From assembly GCA_965112155.1 (NCBI GenBank), contig OZ218108.1: 64,000 nucleotides of DNA; one strand, written 5' to 3'. Each line of letters opens with the position of its first letter. The stretch's first letter is position 1. Origin of the DNA: Podarcis liolepis (taxonomy: Eukaryota). This document shows positions 49,290-61,470 of the stretch, piece after piece. The notes below the pieces were generated by a model. The model was not told the origin of the DNA. It ran no database searches and saw only the letters and a program-made list of their open reading frames with translations. The position numbers were made by a program, and so were the translations under genes.

Positions 49290-49680
49290 CTCGCCTTTGC
49301 TGGTGAGAAAGCCCTGTGTCTTGTTCTCACAAGCCTCGTTCTCACCCTTGAGCTTGACAGCTTCATAGTTTCCAAGGAACAGACTTGCAGAGGGAGGCCA
49401 TCACAACAAACAGAGGGGTCTCTTTGAGCTACCTCACACCAAATCCCAAAGAGAGTCTTAAAGATTAACGCCACGTCCTTGAAAGTGACCTGCTATCAAT
49501 GGAGGGAGCGTAGGCCTGGGCCAGCATGTTCTCGGGGGGCTGGTGTTGCTGAGATGGAGGCCTGCTGAATTTTACACTAATTGAAGCTTTTACTGGCCAG
49601 CCCTCATATTTGGTCTACAGAGCTAGGCTGGTCCAGTCAAGAGGTCATAAAGGTCCTCAGAGCTTTATCTTTTGACCCTG
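49290..49680 (-). mobile_element. Old L2 3' remnant
   Basis: ORF 49169-49474 contains VRTRLVRTRHRAFSPAKARLW, a degenerate L2 'RAFS.AAP.LWN' motif. Confidence 0.6.
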
Positions 49681-49832
49681 GGGCATTCCAAGTGCCTTTT
49701 GACTCCAATTGACTTTATAGCCATAAATGGAGTCGGTGAGCATTTGTGATGCACAGTGAGTGCTACAGCTGGGCCCTTGTTTTGTTCTTGTAACATTCAG
49801 AAGAAGATGCAGCTCCATGGCTTAGTTTAATA

Positions 49833-50058
49833 CAGTGATACCTCGGGTTAAGTACTTAATTCGTTCCAGAGGTCTATTCTTAACCTGAAACTGTTCTTAA
49901 CCTGAAGCACCACTTTAGCTAATGGGACCTCCTGCTGCTGCCAGGCCGCCGGAGCACGATTTCTGTTCTCATCCTGAAGCAAAGTTCTTAACCCGAGATA
50001 CTATTTCTGGGTTAGCAGAGTATGTAACCTGAAGTGTATGTAACCCGAGGTACCACTG
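49833..50058. mobile_element. Tigger-like MITE family A (inverted)
   Basis: TA TSD, TIR CAGTG(A/G)TACCTCGGGTTA. Confidence 0.9.
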
Positions 50059-50215
50059 TAGTCACTTTTCAACATCCTTCAAATTTCATTGACCAAATGT
50101 GATAATAGCTGATTAGGTGCTGGGGAACTCATATTAAAGGCACTATTTGTGTGAATACTGTACCATGCTCTCTGGTACTATTTGTGTGAATACTGTACCA
50201 TGCTCTCTGGTACTA

Positions 50216-50273
50216 TTGCAGGAGGTTGGACTAGATGGCCCTTGGGGTCCCTTCCAATTCTACGATTCTATGA
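50216..50273 (+). mobile_element. Very short CR1-type 3' end
   Basis: 'ttgcaggaggttggactagatggcccttggggtcccttccaattctacgattctatga'. Confidence 0.75.
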
Positions 50274-50578
50274 AATTGGCCTGGTAGGCTTGGCACATGG
50301 AGTTGGGTCAAAGGTGCCCTTCCAATAGCAGAAAGCCTCTTCTACTCACTTTTGTACCTCCCAGACTACTACATAGATTGGAATGAAATTATCCTTCAGA
50401 TTTCACATTTCTCTTATTTATTTATTTTAAAAAATAATGTCTTTGCATCTAAGATAAAATACATTTAGAAATAGGTATATTAAGATAATTTTTAAAAAAT
50501 GTATTTAAATATTAATTTCCCATATGGATTTTTCTTTTTCATCCAGATTAATGCAGAACTGGAAGGGGGCAGACTTAC

Positions 50579-50973
50579 TGTTGGGAACCTGAGAGGAGAT
50601 ACCCATGTAGCGGAGGTTGTCCTCACCACACAGAGATGGTTTAAGGTCCAAAATAGCTACAGAGCTACAGAAGGTTCTGGATGTTGATATATACAAACAG
50701 CTTGTTGGCTTTCCGGTTACAGATACAGTATATACAAGCACAGGGACATATCTGTTGCTCCAGCTTCAAGATATAACACAGACTCAGACTCATGGACAGA
50801 CTCACTGACTGACTAATGAGCTGACATGTCTTAATCACTTATATAGATGGCACTGGGCTTTTGCCATAGCAGCCAGCTTGGCTGACCTTGCACTTGTTGG
50901 CTTATCTTATACACGGGGTGATTTGTGCCCACAAAGGAAATTAACCCCTTCCCCATGTCCAGTTCCTCTGACA
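50579..50973. mobile_element. Solo LTR (395 bp)
   Basis: TGTTGGGAAC...GTTCCTCTGACA termini, 5-bp TSD CTTAC/CTTAT. Confidence 0.7.
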
Positions 50974-52980
50974 CTTATGAGTGTGAGGCTGATATGGACT
51001 AGGAAGAGACTGTTCCATCCCTATTTCAATCATTAGTGGCACTAAAGCAGAACTTCCCTTGAATATCTCTAACCTTAGAGGAGGCACACACAGTGAGAAT
51101 CACTTAATGTACATATTGGGCTCAGACAACTATTATTCCACTTAATTGCCAAATGACCTTCCATACAAGTTACAAGTATAAAACCCCAAAATATAAGCAC
51201 ATACTTTTGAAACACACAATAAAACAAGTCCATCAAAACACTGAAATAAACATCTACAATTTTAAAAGTGCCATAAAGCAAGCCCACTAAAACAGCACAA
51301 AACAGTTAAACTCGAAATTAGAACAATCAAAACAGGAGGTTGAGGTCACAAGATCAGAGGAATGCTTGTCTAAACTGATACATCTTCAAGAGCCGGCGGG
51401 ATGCCAATACAGATAGGGCTTTTTGTATTTCAGCAAGGCAGCAGTTCCACAACACTGATGCCACTAGTGAAAAAAGCTTGTATCCATGTTATCACAAACT
51501 GGTAATTATCAGGCCGTAGCAAAACTAACTGGATTACATTTATTGATCTTAATACTTTTACCATGCAATAGAGGGGAAGTCAGTTTTTCAGATAACATGA
51601 CACTTTCAGATAGATGTACTAAGCATAGGGTGGGGTTTCCCCCATTATTGAGTGTTGCTGCTTTGTTGTTGGTTAACTGGTCAAGGTAACTGATAGTAAT
51701 AGCAATAGTAATAGTAATAGTAATAGTGTGTGCATGGACACTGTTAGTTCAAAGACCATGAAAGCACATTGTTTCATTGTTTTCTGTAAATCTTGCATAT
51801 GTAAGGCAGGATAATGACTTTCGTTTACACTGATGGATCTTTAAAATTTATCAATATTGTTTGAAATGTCTTGCCTGATGAAAGCCTGCATACATAAAAG
51901 CAAGCAAAGCTTTGTGATTTGATCCAATTTGCATGATTAAAGCTGGAGTCTTAAGCAGAGCTGGAAACGGAACTCTGCTGAAATCCCCAGGAGACTTCTC
52001 AGTAAATACTTACAGGATTCTGTGACAACAGCCCAATCCTAACCCTCTTTACGCAGAAGGCAACCCCATTGATTTCACTGAGGCTTCAGCCAATGTGTAC
52101 ATAGGATTCTAGCAATCTATCGCCAAGCTATCCACATTTACTCAAAGGTAAATCCTGTTAAGTTTAAATTATTCCCAAGTCACTGTGCATTGGATTTCAG
52201 CCTGGGACTTAGTTGGGAGTAAACTTTAGGGTTACGGCAACCTAGGGGCATTTGCTTGGGTGTGAGCTCCCTTGAAGTTGGTGGCCCCTTAACTTCTTCT
52301 AAGTAAACATGCATAGGACGAAGCGGTCTGTTTTCAACCCAGCAGTTTTATGGTTGCAGAAGTCTACAGCTATAATGGCGTAAAACCTAAATTCTACAAG
52401 TCGAAAATGTCAGCTATTTGAAACAGTTTTAGACTCCATAAAAAGTACGTCCTCTTCATGTTGACATTTTGCAGGCTTTAACCATTAAACTGCTCTGACG
52501 CTGAATTTCACTCCCTGGTTGTTCTTCCAATCAGCAAAATCCCTGGTCCATTTCTGTATTTACATGCATAGGACTGTGTGCATATTTGAAGGGGCAGGGG
52601 GAATGAGCTTTCAAAGAGTTACACACACTATTAAGCTGGCCAGGTTAGCAGACCTTAATGTGCATATGAGTAATATAAAAATGGGGGCAATAAAATGTGA
52701 AATATGGTATTCTAATATAAAAACATTGCTAGCAATGTTTCGTTTTGGTTTTTTACTGAAATGAATGAAACTTGTACTTTGATCTGGCTTGGCTGTGTCC
52801 ATGCTTTCTCCCTGACTCTATGAAGCTCACCAATGTTGTTTTGCACCAGAGGGGCAGAACCAACTCCCTTGCATGGCATACAGGGGGCTATTTTCTGCTC
52901 CATAGAGCAGCTGTTAAACAGAGCTTTTAGTTACAAAACGCTTCATGGTCTGGTAGTTACTTATGTTTGAGAAAGTTTGT

Positions 52981-53147
52981 GAACATAGGATCTGCCTTAT
53001 ACTAAGTCAGACCACTGGTCCATCTAGTTCACTTTTTCCTGCACTGACTGGCAGAAGAGGCTGTCAAGCCCTACCTGAAGGTGCCTGGGAATGAACCTGG
53101 GACCTTCTGCATGTCAGCCAGATGCTCTGCTACTGAGCTACAGCCCT
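52981..53147 (-). mobile_element. tRNA-Ala-like-head SINE with CR1-like tail (Squam2-like)
   Basis: Minus strand reads 'gggctgtagctcagtagcagagcatctg..tgcagaaggtcccaggttcattccc'. Confidence 0.75.
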
Positions 53148-53884
53148 TCTTATAGTGGTAATTGGTGGGGGAAGGAGCACACAAAGATGGGATGCCTGAC
53201 CCAAGCAGTCCAAAGTTGCACAGCCCAGAATAGACTGGACTTTGTGGCTTTCCTTGCACTCCTCAGAACAGGACCTACCTCAAATAACCTCACAATGAGA
53301 TGTTAGAACTGTAGAGCTGATTACAGGGGCTTCACAGTGGTTGCCCTGAAGCTGTGGAATGAGCCGTCCTTGAGGTATTCAGATGGAATAGAAATTGCAA
53401 CCATTTTGGTTGGCTTTGGCCAAGGTAGTTAGGTGATAGCAAATTTCCAGACATTGTTATCAAGTTTGTGCAAGGAATTTGCAGAGGAACATTGCCCAGG
53501 ACCCTCTCAGACATGGCAGTGATACTGGGTATATGCCCTGCATGTGGTTATATCAAGCTGCAATAGATTAACACAGATATGATGTTCTTTTAACTGCTAA
53601 CATACCTTCCAAATGATTTACTCAAATTGCTTTCGATCAAAAATTAAATTGAAATGATGTGTATTTTTTCTTTAAAACATAAAATTGGGGGGGGGGGGTT
53701 GTATGAATAAAAATGTGAACATTTCCCCCCACCAAAAAAGCACCTTATTGCTGCTTTACCCAATATGGGAGCCTATTGCTCAATAGGATCCTATTATTTA
53801 TCCGATGCCATCTAAACAGCCTGATTCCATCAGGAAGATCTGGGAACCAGCAGTACGTCATTGACTCTGCTGAGAAATCAACTC

Positions 53885-54646
53885 CGTTAAGCTCCTGCCT
53901 ACTACAGCAGTCAAGTACAGTATTTTCCTGTTGCCCAGAATGGACCCACAAGGGAATGTGACTCCAGACAAGGAGGACTTCCTGTCATACCTGCTCTGGG
54001 GCTTCCTGTGTGTGACCAGGTAGATGGGTGTGACCATAACTGACCAGAGAAGAAGAAGAAGAAGAAGAAGAGGAGGAGGAGGAGGAGGAGTTTGGATTTG
54101 ATATCCCGCCTTTCACTCCCCTTCAGGAGTCTCAAAGCGGCTAACATTCTCCTTTCCCTTCCTCCCCCACAACAAACACTCTGTGAGGTGAGTGGGGCTG
54201 AGAGACTGGCCCAGGTCACCCAGCAGCTGCATGTGGAGGAGCGGAGACGCGAACCCGGTTCACCAGATTACGTGACTACCGCTCTTAACCACTACACCAC
54301 ACTGGCTGGCCACCCACCCACCTCTCTCTTGGACTCTTACACTCTTACTCTTAAACTATCACTCTCCTCCTGACTCTTAGCCAGTGCATGGCTCAACCTT
54401 CACATAGGATGGAGCCCAGAAACAGAAAGTCTGAGATGTAGCTCAGACTTCTTTTTACTGTAACCACAAGATAAAGCCTGCCTTCAGATTACTGCTGTGA
54501 ACTGAATGTGAGTAAAACTTTATTCTTATTTTTAAAGAACACTCTGTTGTGGTGTCATTATTTTAAGAGGGGGGGAGGGGAAACTTACCCAGAACAATCC
54601 AGACTGGACAAGCAAGACTGGATTGCTTAATTAAAGGATTCTAACA
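53885..54646 (+). mobile_element. Possible degraded solo LTR interrupted by a SINE
   Basis: CGTTAAGCTCC...GGATTCTAACA termini, AGTAAA near 54511, 4-bp flanks ACTC/AATC. Confidence 0.35.
54046..54307 (-). mobile_element. Squam3B-like SINE with a short internal deletion
   Basis: Same family, but lacks 'tcaaagaagtgtgact'. Tail reads (GAA)/(GGA)n on the + strand. Confidence 0.88.
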
Positions 54647-54902
54647 AATCATCAACTTGCTTCCAATAAGTTGCAAAGAGAATGTGCTCTGCTGTTTACT
54701 CACCAGCGTGAGTGAGGAGGGATAATATCAAAACAATATACCCTCTCCTACCTTCCTTAACATTCCCACACTCCCACCATCAGTCGTCACCTGGCAGCAG
54801 TCATTCCATCAGGCTGCAACCAAAGAAGAGGCAGAAACTGTGTGCCATCACCTTTGCTGTTAGACCAGCTTCATTTAACTCCTCCCCAATAACTGCTCAG
54901 GT

Positions 54903-55075
54903 GTATAGGAAGGCACCCTATATTGCATCAGACCATCTACTTCAGTATTGTCAGCACTAACTGGCAGAAGCTCTCCAGGATTTCAGAAGATGCATCTCCT
55001 TGAGCCTTACCTGTGGATGCCATGGACTGAACCTGCATGCAAAGCAAATGCTTGACCACTAAGCTACATCCCATT
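54903..55075 (-). mobile_element. Squam2-like SINE (degraded)
   Basis: Similar to 52981-53147. Confidence 0.6.
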
Positions 55076-55283
55076 TCCTCAGGGTTAAGTTAAGAATTCC
55101 CTCCTCAACCCTGTTTCCCCTCTTTTGTGCAAGTTCTTTTACACTGCCAGGCTGGAAGCGGCGACTGTTTCATCTTTATTAGCCCTTTCAGCTGAAAACT
55201 GGGGGTAAAGATGTTTATAAAAAATACTAACTCAAGTCATACATAATTCTGTAGTTTGGGCAACTTGAAATGGCTAGGTTATT

Positions 55284-55287
<4 letters not shown>

Positions 55288-55336
<49 letters not shown>

Positions 55337-55392
55337 AGGCAGTGAAGCATTGTGCCTTTGTTGCCCTGTAAATATATATATATATATATATA
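55288..55392. repeat. (CA)n and (TA)n microsatellites
   Basis: Direct reading: 55288-55331 and about 55371-55392. Confidence 0.9.
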
Positions 55393-56111
55393 TTCTAAAT
55401 ATTATAATTAGCAGTGATTTTGAATGAAAGAGCCAGACACATTTGGCTATACCCTTTGGAACCAAGGAAATGTCCCTGGTTACGAGATCCCATTTTGCAA
55501 GGAGGGAATTAATCAGTGTTGCTACAAGTGCCTTTCCCCCTGGGCCTGCTGGAATGAAAGGCTGGCAAGGAAAGGGGTTAAGAAGTTAAACCCAAGGGAC
55601 AATGGAGGAGCAGCCAGAGAGCCATGTTCTTTTTCATGTGCATTGTTCGAGGGGGAAGGTCTGTCAGTCAATAAGGCAGATGGACTCTGACTCACGGGTG
55701 GCGATACAGGGAGTCTAAGCTTCGCCTGAGCCTTTCGCCTAGAGGCTGGCTCCTGCAACCAGATCCTGACAACCTCCCCGCAGCGCTGTGCATGTTTCAC
55801 TAAGGCATGCCAATGGGATTAGCATCAGGCAGCAATTACAAACTCCCCTTTGTGTAGCCTGCACGGCTTTGATTTCTAAAGTCAACTAATGGTGTATTTC
55901 TGCTAGGACCGTCCTCTGGCTCTCGAGGCAGAATTCACAGTGGCTAAGCCTCCCTCCCACACCGACTCCATCCTCTAGCAATCCTGGGTTTTTGATCTGG
56001 GTGTATATTCCCTGAGTTTCACAATTATTGACTCAATGATTCAGTCTGAAATGGGAAGCCACACATCCAATAAATTTGGAAGCATTTCAGATGGATGGAT
56101 ACTGCCTTATA

Positions 56112-56578
56112 GAGAGCCCATGTGGTGTAGTGGCGAGGTGCGGATGGCGCTGTGATCTAAACCACTGAGTCTCTTGGGCTTGCTGATCTAAAGGTCGGCA
56201 GTTCGAATCCCAGTGATGGAATGAGCCCCTGTCCCAACTCCTGCCAACCTAGCAGTTCGAAAGCATGGCAGTGCAAGTAGATAAATAGGTACCACTGCGG
56301 TGGGAAGGTAAATGGCCTTTCCATGTGCTCTGGCTTCCATCATGGTGTTCTGTTGCTGGCCACATGACCTGGAAAACTGTCTGTGGACAAACGCTGGCGA
56401 CCTTAGCCTGAAAGCAAGATGAGTGCCGCAACCTTTGACTGGACATAACCATCTAGTGGTCCTTTAACTTTACCTAGTGGTGAGAGTGTTGGGCAAGGAC
56501 CTAAGAGACCAGGGTTCAAATCTATACTCGGGCATGAAGCTCACTGGGTAACTTTGGACAGTCGCTGTCCCTCAGCCT
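56112..56578 (+). mobile_element. Squam3A-like SINE split by a Sauria SINE and truncated by Rex1
   Basis: Head 'gagagcccatgtggtgtagtgg' resumes at 56475 as 'tagtggtgagagtgttggg..gggttcaaatc..ctcagcct'. Confidence 0.75.
56138..56474 (+). mobile_element. Sauria SINE (Squam1), full length
   Basis: Matches 63342-63676. 10-bp TSD TAGTGGCGAG (56128) / TAGTGGTGAG (56475). Confidence 0.88.
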
Positions 56579-57317
56579 GGGCAGGTGTGGCAAGGTGTAC
56601 AAGAGTGGTGCAGAGCTAACAACTTGCTCATAAATACAAGGAAGACAAAGGAGCTTGTGGTGGACTTCAGGAGACAGAAGAGCAACGTCCAGCCACTTTT
56701 GATTGATGGGGTCTGTGTGGAGAGGGTAACAACGTTCAGATTTTTGGGCATTGAATTACAAGAGGATCTGTCCTGGAGTGTCAACACAAGGGGGCTTGTG
56801 AAGAAGGTGCAGCAGAGACTGTACTTTTTGAGAATACTAAGGAAAAACCATCTTCCACAGAAACTGCTGCTTGCCTTCTATCACTGTGCCATTGAGAGCG
56901 TGCTCACTTATGGCTTATGTGTGTGGTACGGAAGCTGTACTACCCAGGACAGGATGGGGTTGTGCAGGGTTGTTAAGGCAGCAGAGAGCATTGTTGGCTG
57001 CCCACTCTCCACCTTAGAGCAGATTTATGCCACAAGGTGCCATAGGAAGGCGCTGGACATAGTAAAAGATCCATCGCATCCTGGTCACTGTCTCTTCGAG
57101 CTCTTGCCGTCGGGACGGAGATACAGGATGATGAAGACAAGAACGAGCCGTCTTAAGAACAGCTTCTTCTCCATAGCGATCTCGGCCCTGAATGGGAAGC
57201 CCGGACTTTGAAGTCATCTAATCTCCCTTGCTGTATTATACTGTATTGTTTAATTAGTGTTTTTATGGAGCAGTCGAGTAATTTCGTTGTCCCTGAAGGG
57301 GGCAATGACAATAAAGA

Positions 57318-57363
<46 letters not shown>
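56579..57363 (+). mobile_element. Rex1/Babar-clade LINE 3' fragment with 3' UTR and (TAT)n tail
   Basis: ORF motifs listed in the next feature, then AATAAA followed by (TAT)n. Confidence 0.88.
56585..57211 (+). CDS. Rex1/Babar ORF C-terminal region (end of RT plus DUF1891-like region), 5'-truncated
   Basis: WC..NNL.IN..KTKELVVDFR, FRFLG, KKVQQRLYFLR, FY..AIESVL, DPSHP...FELLPSGRRYR, T.RLKNSFF with no internal stops. Confidence 0.75.
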   Translation: MWQGVQEWCRANNLLINTRKTKELVVDFRRQKSNVQPLLIDGVCVERVTTFRFLGIELQEDLSWSVNTRGLVKKVQQRLYFLRILRKNHLPQKLLLAFYHCAIESVLTYGLCVWYGSCTTQDRMGLCRVVKAAESIVGCPLSTLEQIYATRCHRKALDIVKDPSHPGHCLFELLPSGRRYRMMKTRTSRLKNSFFSIAISALNGKPGL

Positions 57364-57667
57364 TTAAAAAGTCTGGTAGTTGTTTTTCTCTTTGACATCT
57401 GGTGGGAGGGCATTCCACAGGGCGGGTGCCACTACCGAAAAGGCCCTATGCCTGATTCCCTGTAACTTCGCTTCTTACAGCGAGGGAACTGCCAGAAGGC
57501 CCTCAACACTGGACCTCAGTGTCTGGGCAGAATGATGGAGGTGGAGATGCTCCTTCAGGTATACTGGACCAAGGCCATTTAGGGCTTTAAAGGTCAGCAC
57601 CAACACTTTGAATTGTGCTCGGAAAGGTACTGGGAGCCAATGTAGGTGTTTCAAGACTGGTGTTACC
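57364..57667 (-). mobile_element. L2 fragment (same subfamily as 59855-60490)
   Basis: TPVLKHLHWLPVPFRAQFKVLVLTFKALNGLGP. Confidence 0.85.
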
Positions 57668-59529
57668 ATTTATTCTAATGGAATGAGTTAAGCATATGTT
57701 TTCACCTACTAAAACAATGGGCCTTGAAAATCAATGGGCCTTGAAACTGTGTTCATTCAGTTGGATCATGTTGCAAGTTTATTTTGGTATGAGTTTTGGG
57801 GGATGGTTGTTTTGTTTTAATGCTATATTTCTACAAAGATCCATCAGAACTTACAATTAAGACACAGAAATACCCACTGATGTATTTATCCCATGGTATT
57901 TTGTTCTATTTCCTTTAAAAATGTGTGTGTCTTTTTCAACATAAGAGAACAAATGACAGTAGGAATACCAAACCTACCTTAAACCGGTAATTTAATCTGA
58001 GTTCCATAAAATAGAAGCGTTTCTGGAACAAACAAGTTGTTCTTCACAGCTTGGATGTATATGAAAGCTGTCACAAATTAACTATTTCAAAAGAAAATGT
58101 AAACAAGATCTTATTGCAACTCCAGAAAAGGAACAATAACATACTTCATGGTTTAGGAATGGGATAGCAGCCAATAGTCAATGTGCCTAAATTCGGTGTC
58201 TTAAGAAGTAAGTTTTGTTTCCCAAGTAAGCCATTAATTTCCAGACGAAAGCTACCAAAAGCCACAAACCTATGAACCTAGAAATAAGCAACCAAGCTTT
58301 ATTTTAGTATCACTGTAAATGCATTTACCATAAGTTAATGTTTCCAAGGCTCTGTAGGCCATATTCATAACTCATATATTGCTCTACAATGTGCTGTATG
58401 TATCATTGTCCACCATTTCAGATGATGGTAAGGGAGGAACTATAGGACACCTAAAAAGCTTGCATGGTCCAACTTATTTCGTTAGTCCCTTTAAAAAGCA
58501 AGATTACAGCATACCCTCTTGAAAATATTATTCAATCCTTGATGTATCTTCTGCTAAAAGACCTGAAAATGGTTACTAGGGAGGCATGGACCCCAACCAC
58601 TTTTGGAGCTCATAAACTTCATTTTTTTTTTAAGGGGTCAGTAATCTGAAGGCAAATATTATTTTTAGTTTAACCCTTAAGCTGCTTCCCTGAACCCCAA
58701 AATATACCCATTTAACCTTTTGCTATTGCACATTGATGGTTGTACAGATTTTGCTTTATGATTTTGTTTTATGATTGCATTGTTGATATATAATAAAATT
58801 TCAAAAAGAGAGAGAGCAGCTTAGATCCCAACTCTTTCCTTTCCTAAACCGCATTTTAAGACCATGTGTGCCTATGAGGCTCCATTTTAAAAAGCAGCTG
58901 TCATCCTTTTGTAGCTCATGCATCATGGGAAGATTTTCTTTCAGATTTTCCTTTCGTTTTTTATGGCCTGTTTTGAACTCATCTCTATTGTCTTAGTGAA
59001 CTCCCGGCAGAGTAATCAAAGGCCATTATTTAAGGGCTCTTCTCTCCCCAAATACCATGGATTTCAAATTTCAAAGTCATAAAATTCTGTTATGGTCCTT
59101 CTCACACAACCCTGAAAGAGGAGGTTATGCATATTTTAATGATTATGGACAAGAACAGCTATGGGTATATACCATCTCTTTTTTTCTTTTCTTGTCCCAA
59201 CAGGAAGCTTATTTAATCTCTTTCAAAGACAAGATGAGGGATAAATTACAAAATAGCTAAACAGAAACTCTCCCCCATCCCTTAAGTTTTATCTGCTGAA
59301 ATATTCCCTGGAACTCAAGGTCATCCCTACCAATCAGCGGAGACGTCAACAGCAAATTTTTGACATTGAAAGAATGCTTGTCGTTTGCATTTCTTATTAT
59401 ATTAAGATAAAATTGGAGATGGGAGCATGCACAATTGGATTTTCCAACTCAGGCGCCAAAATTGAACTATCTTTGGCATGACTCAAAAGACTTGCATATC
59501 TCATTCCCACAGAAAATGTTCCACACTAT

Positions 59530-60710
59530 CATAAGAACATGCAACAAGCCTGCTGGATCATGCCAAGGGCCTGTCCAGTCCAACATCCTAGACTGTTCTC
59601 ACAGTGGCCAACCAGATGCCCGTGGGAAGCCTGCAAGCCGAACATGCCAGCACTTGGCCCACTTGCAATTCCCAGCAACTGGCACTGAGGGACATACTGT
59701 CTCTGACAGAACATAGCCATTGTGGCTAGTAGCCATTGATAGGCTTGTCCTCCATAAATTTGTCTAATCCTCTTTTAAAGCTGTCCAGGCTGGTGAGGAG
59801 GAGCAAATTTCATAGTTTAACTATGCACTGTGTGGAGAAGTCTTTTCTTTTCTGTTTACCAGCTCCATCTGGTACACAGGCTGAGACCCCACCTGCCCAC
59901 GGACTGTCTCACCAGAGTGGTGCATGCTCTAGTTATCTCCTGCTTGGACTACTGCAATGCGCTCTACGTGGGGCTACCTTTGAAGGTGACCCGGAAACTG
60001 CAACTAATCCAGAATGCGGCAGCTAGACTGGTGACTTGGAGCAGCCGCCGAGACCACATAACACCGGTCTTGAAAGACCTACATTGGCTCCCAGTACGTT
60101 TCCGAGCACAATTCAAAGTGCTGGTGTTGACCTTCAAAGCCCTAAACGGCCTTGATCCTGTATACCTGAATGAGCGTCTCCACCCCCATCGTTCTACCTG
60201 GACGCTGAGGTCCAGCGCCGAGGGCCTTCTGGCGGTTCCCTCACTGCGAGAAGTCAAGATACAGGGAACCAGGCAGAGGGCCTTCTCGGTAGTGGCGCCC
60301 TCCCTGTGGAACGCCCTCTCACCAGATGTCAAAGAGAAAAACAACTACCAGACTTTTAGAAGACATCTGAAGGCAGCCCTCTTTAGGGAAGCTTTTAATG
60401 TTTAACAGACCACTGTATTTTAATACTTTGTTGGAAGCCGCCCAGAGTGGCTGGGGAAACCCAGCCAGATGGGCGGGGTATAAATAATAAATTCTATTCT
60501 ATTCTTTTCTCTCTCCTGAATTTTCCCATATTCAGCTTCATTGGTGTCTCTAAGTTCTAGTGTCACGAGAGAGGGAGAAAACGTTTTCTCTATCCACTTT
60601 CTCCATGCCATGCATCAGCTTGTAAACCTCTATCATGTCACCTCTTACTAGTTTTTTTTCTTAAATAAAAGTCTCCAATGCTGCAATGCGAGTTGCTCCA
60701 CCCCTTGATT
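59530..60710 (-). mobile_element. CR1 3' fragment interrupted by an L2 (59855-60490)
   Basis: Complete 3' end at 59530 'cataagaacat'. 'agaagtcttttcttttctgt|..cctgaattttcccatattcagcttcattgg' rejoins across the L2. Confidence 0.7.
59855..60490 (+). mobile_element. L2 LINE 3' fragment with intact C-terminal frame and 3' end
   Basis: ORF 59830-60405 reads LDYCNALYVGLP..LQLIQNAAARL..LHWLP..RAFSVVAPSLWNAL, tail 'tataaataataaa'. Confidence 0.9.
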
Positions 60711-61129
60711 ATTTGCAGGATTATCACATTATCGGCTGCACAACAAAGCTTTTTAAAAAGTCTCTAAGAAGCCACATCATGAAATATTCCTGGTACCCAA
60801 GTTTCCCTTCTTCCATTTGCATCTTCTCTCTTTGATCCCAAGAGCTTCAGCTGCAGCAGTGATGGTGAACCTCTGGCCTGCCAAGAAGATCCACTTTCCC
60901 ACCCCCACCCCCCACAGTGCCAAACAAAGTGGCATGCAAAATTGTTGAAAAAGACAGTCTGAAACTAGTTATCATTCTATATCATTCTGTTTTGTAAAGA
61001 ATTTCATGCTGTGTTGATTTCTCAGGTAACTCCACTCAGAATACAGGTGCAAGCACAGAAAGGCCAGTGTATGTAGAATAGTTCTATTTCTTTTTTCTGT
61101 AAAGGTGATCTCATCAGCTGAGGCCTTGC

Positions 61130-61470
61130 TGGTTGGCACTGATGCATGACAGGGCCTTTTCCGTGGTGGGCTTAAGTTGTAGAGGTGTGCCTGTCTCCAT
61201 CATTATTAACTTTCAGGAGGAATTTGAAACCTTTCCTGTACCCAAGGATTTGGTGGCTGAAGAATATTTTTCCTGGCAACCCCATGATAATTGGATGGAA
61301 GAATATTTTAAACCATAATTGTTTTAAGAATGTTTTTGACTAAAAGTGAAGTTTAAACTGTTTGAAAACGTGTTAGCTTTGTTTTTATTGTTAAATTGTG
61401 TATCTGTTTGCCAACCCGAGCTCCTTAGGGAGGAAGGGTACGGTACAAATTGAATAAATAATAATAAAAC
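61130..61470 (+). mobile_element. Old L2 3' end
   Basis: 'gacagggccttttccgtggtgg' and terminal 'ccgagctccttagggaggaagggtacggtacaaattgaataaataataataaaa'. Confidence 0.55.

Noticed and set aside
52981-53147. tRNA-like sequences (also 2550-2604 and the SINE heads)
   Set aside because: They are degenerate cloverleaves continuing into SINE bodies and tails, not tRNA genes
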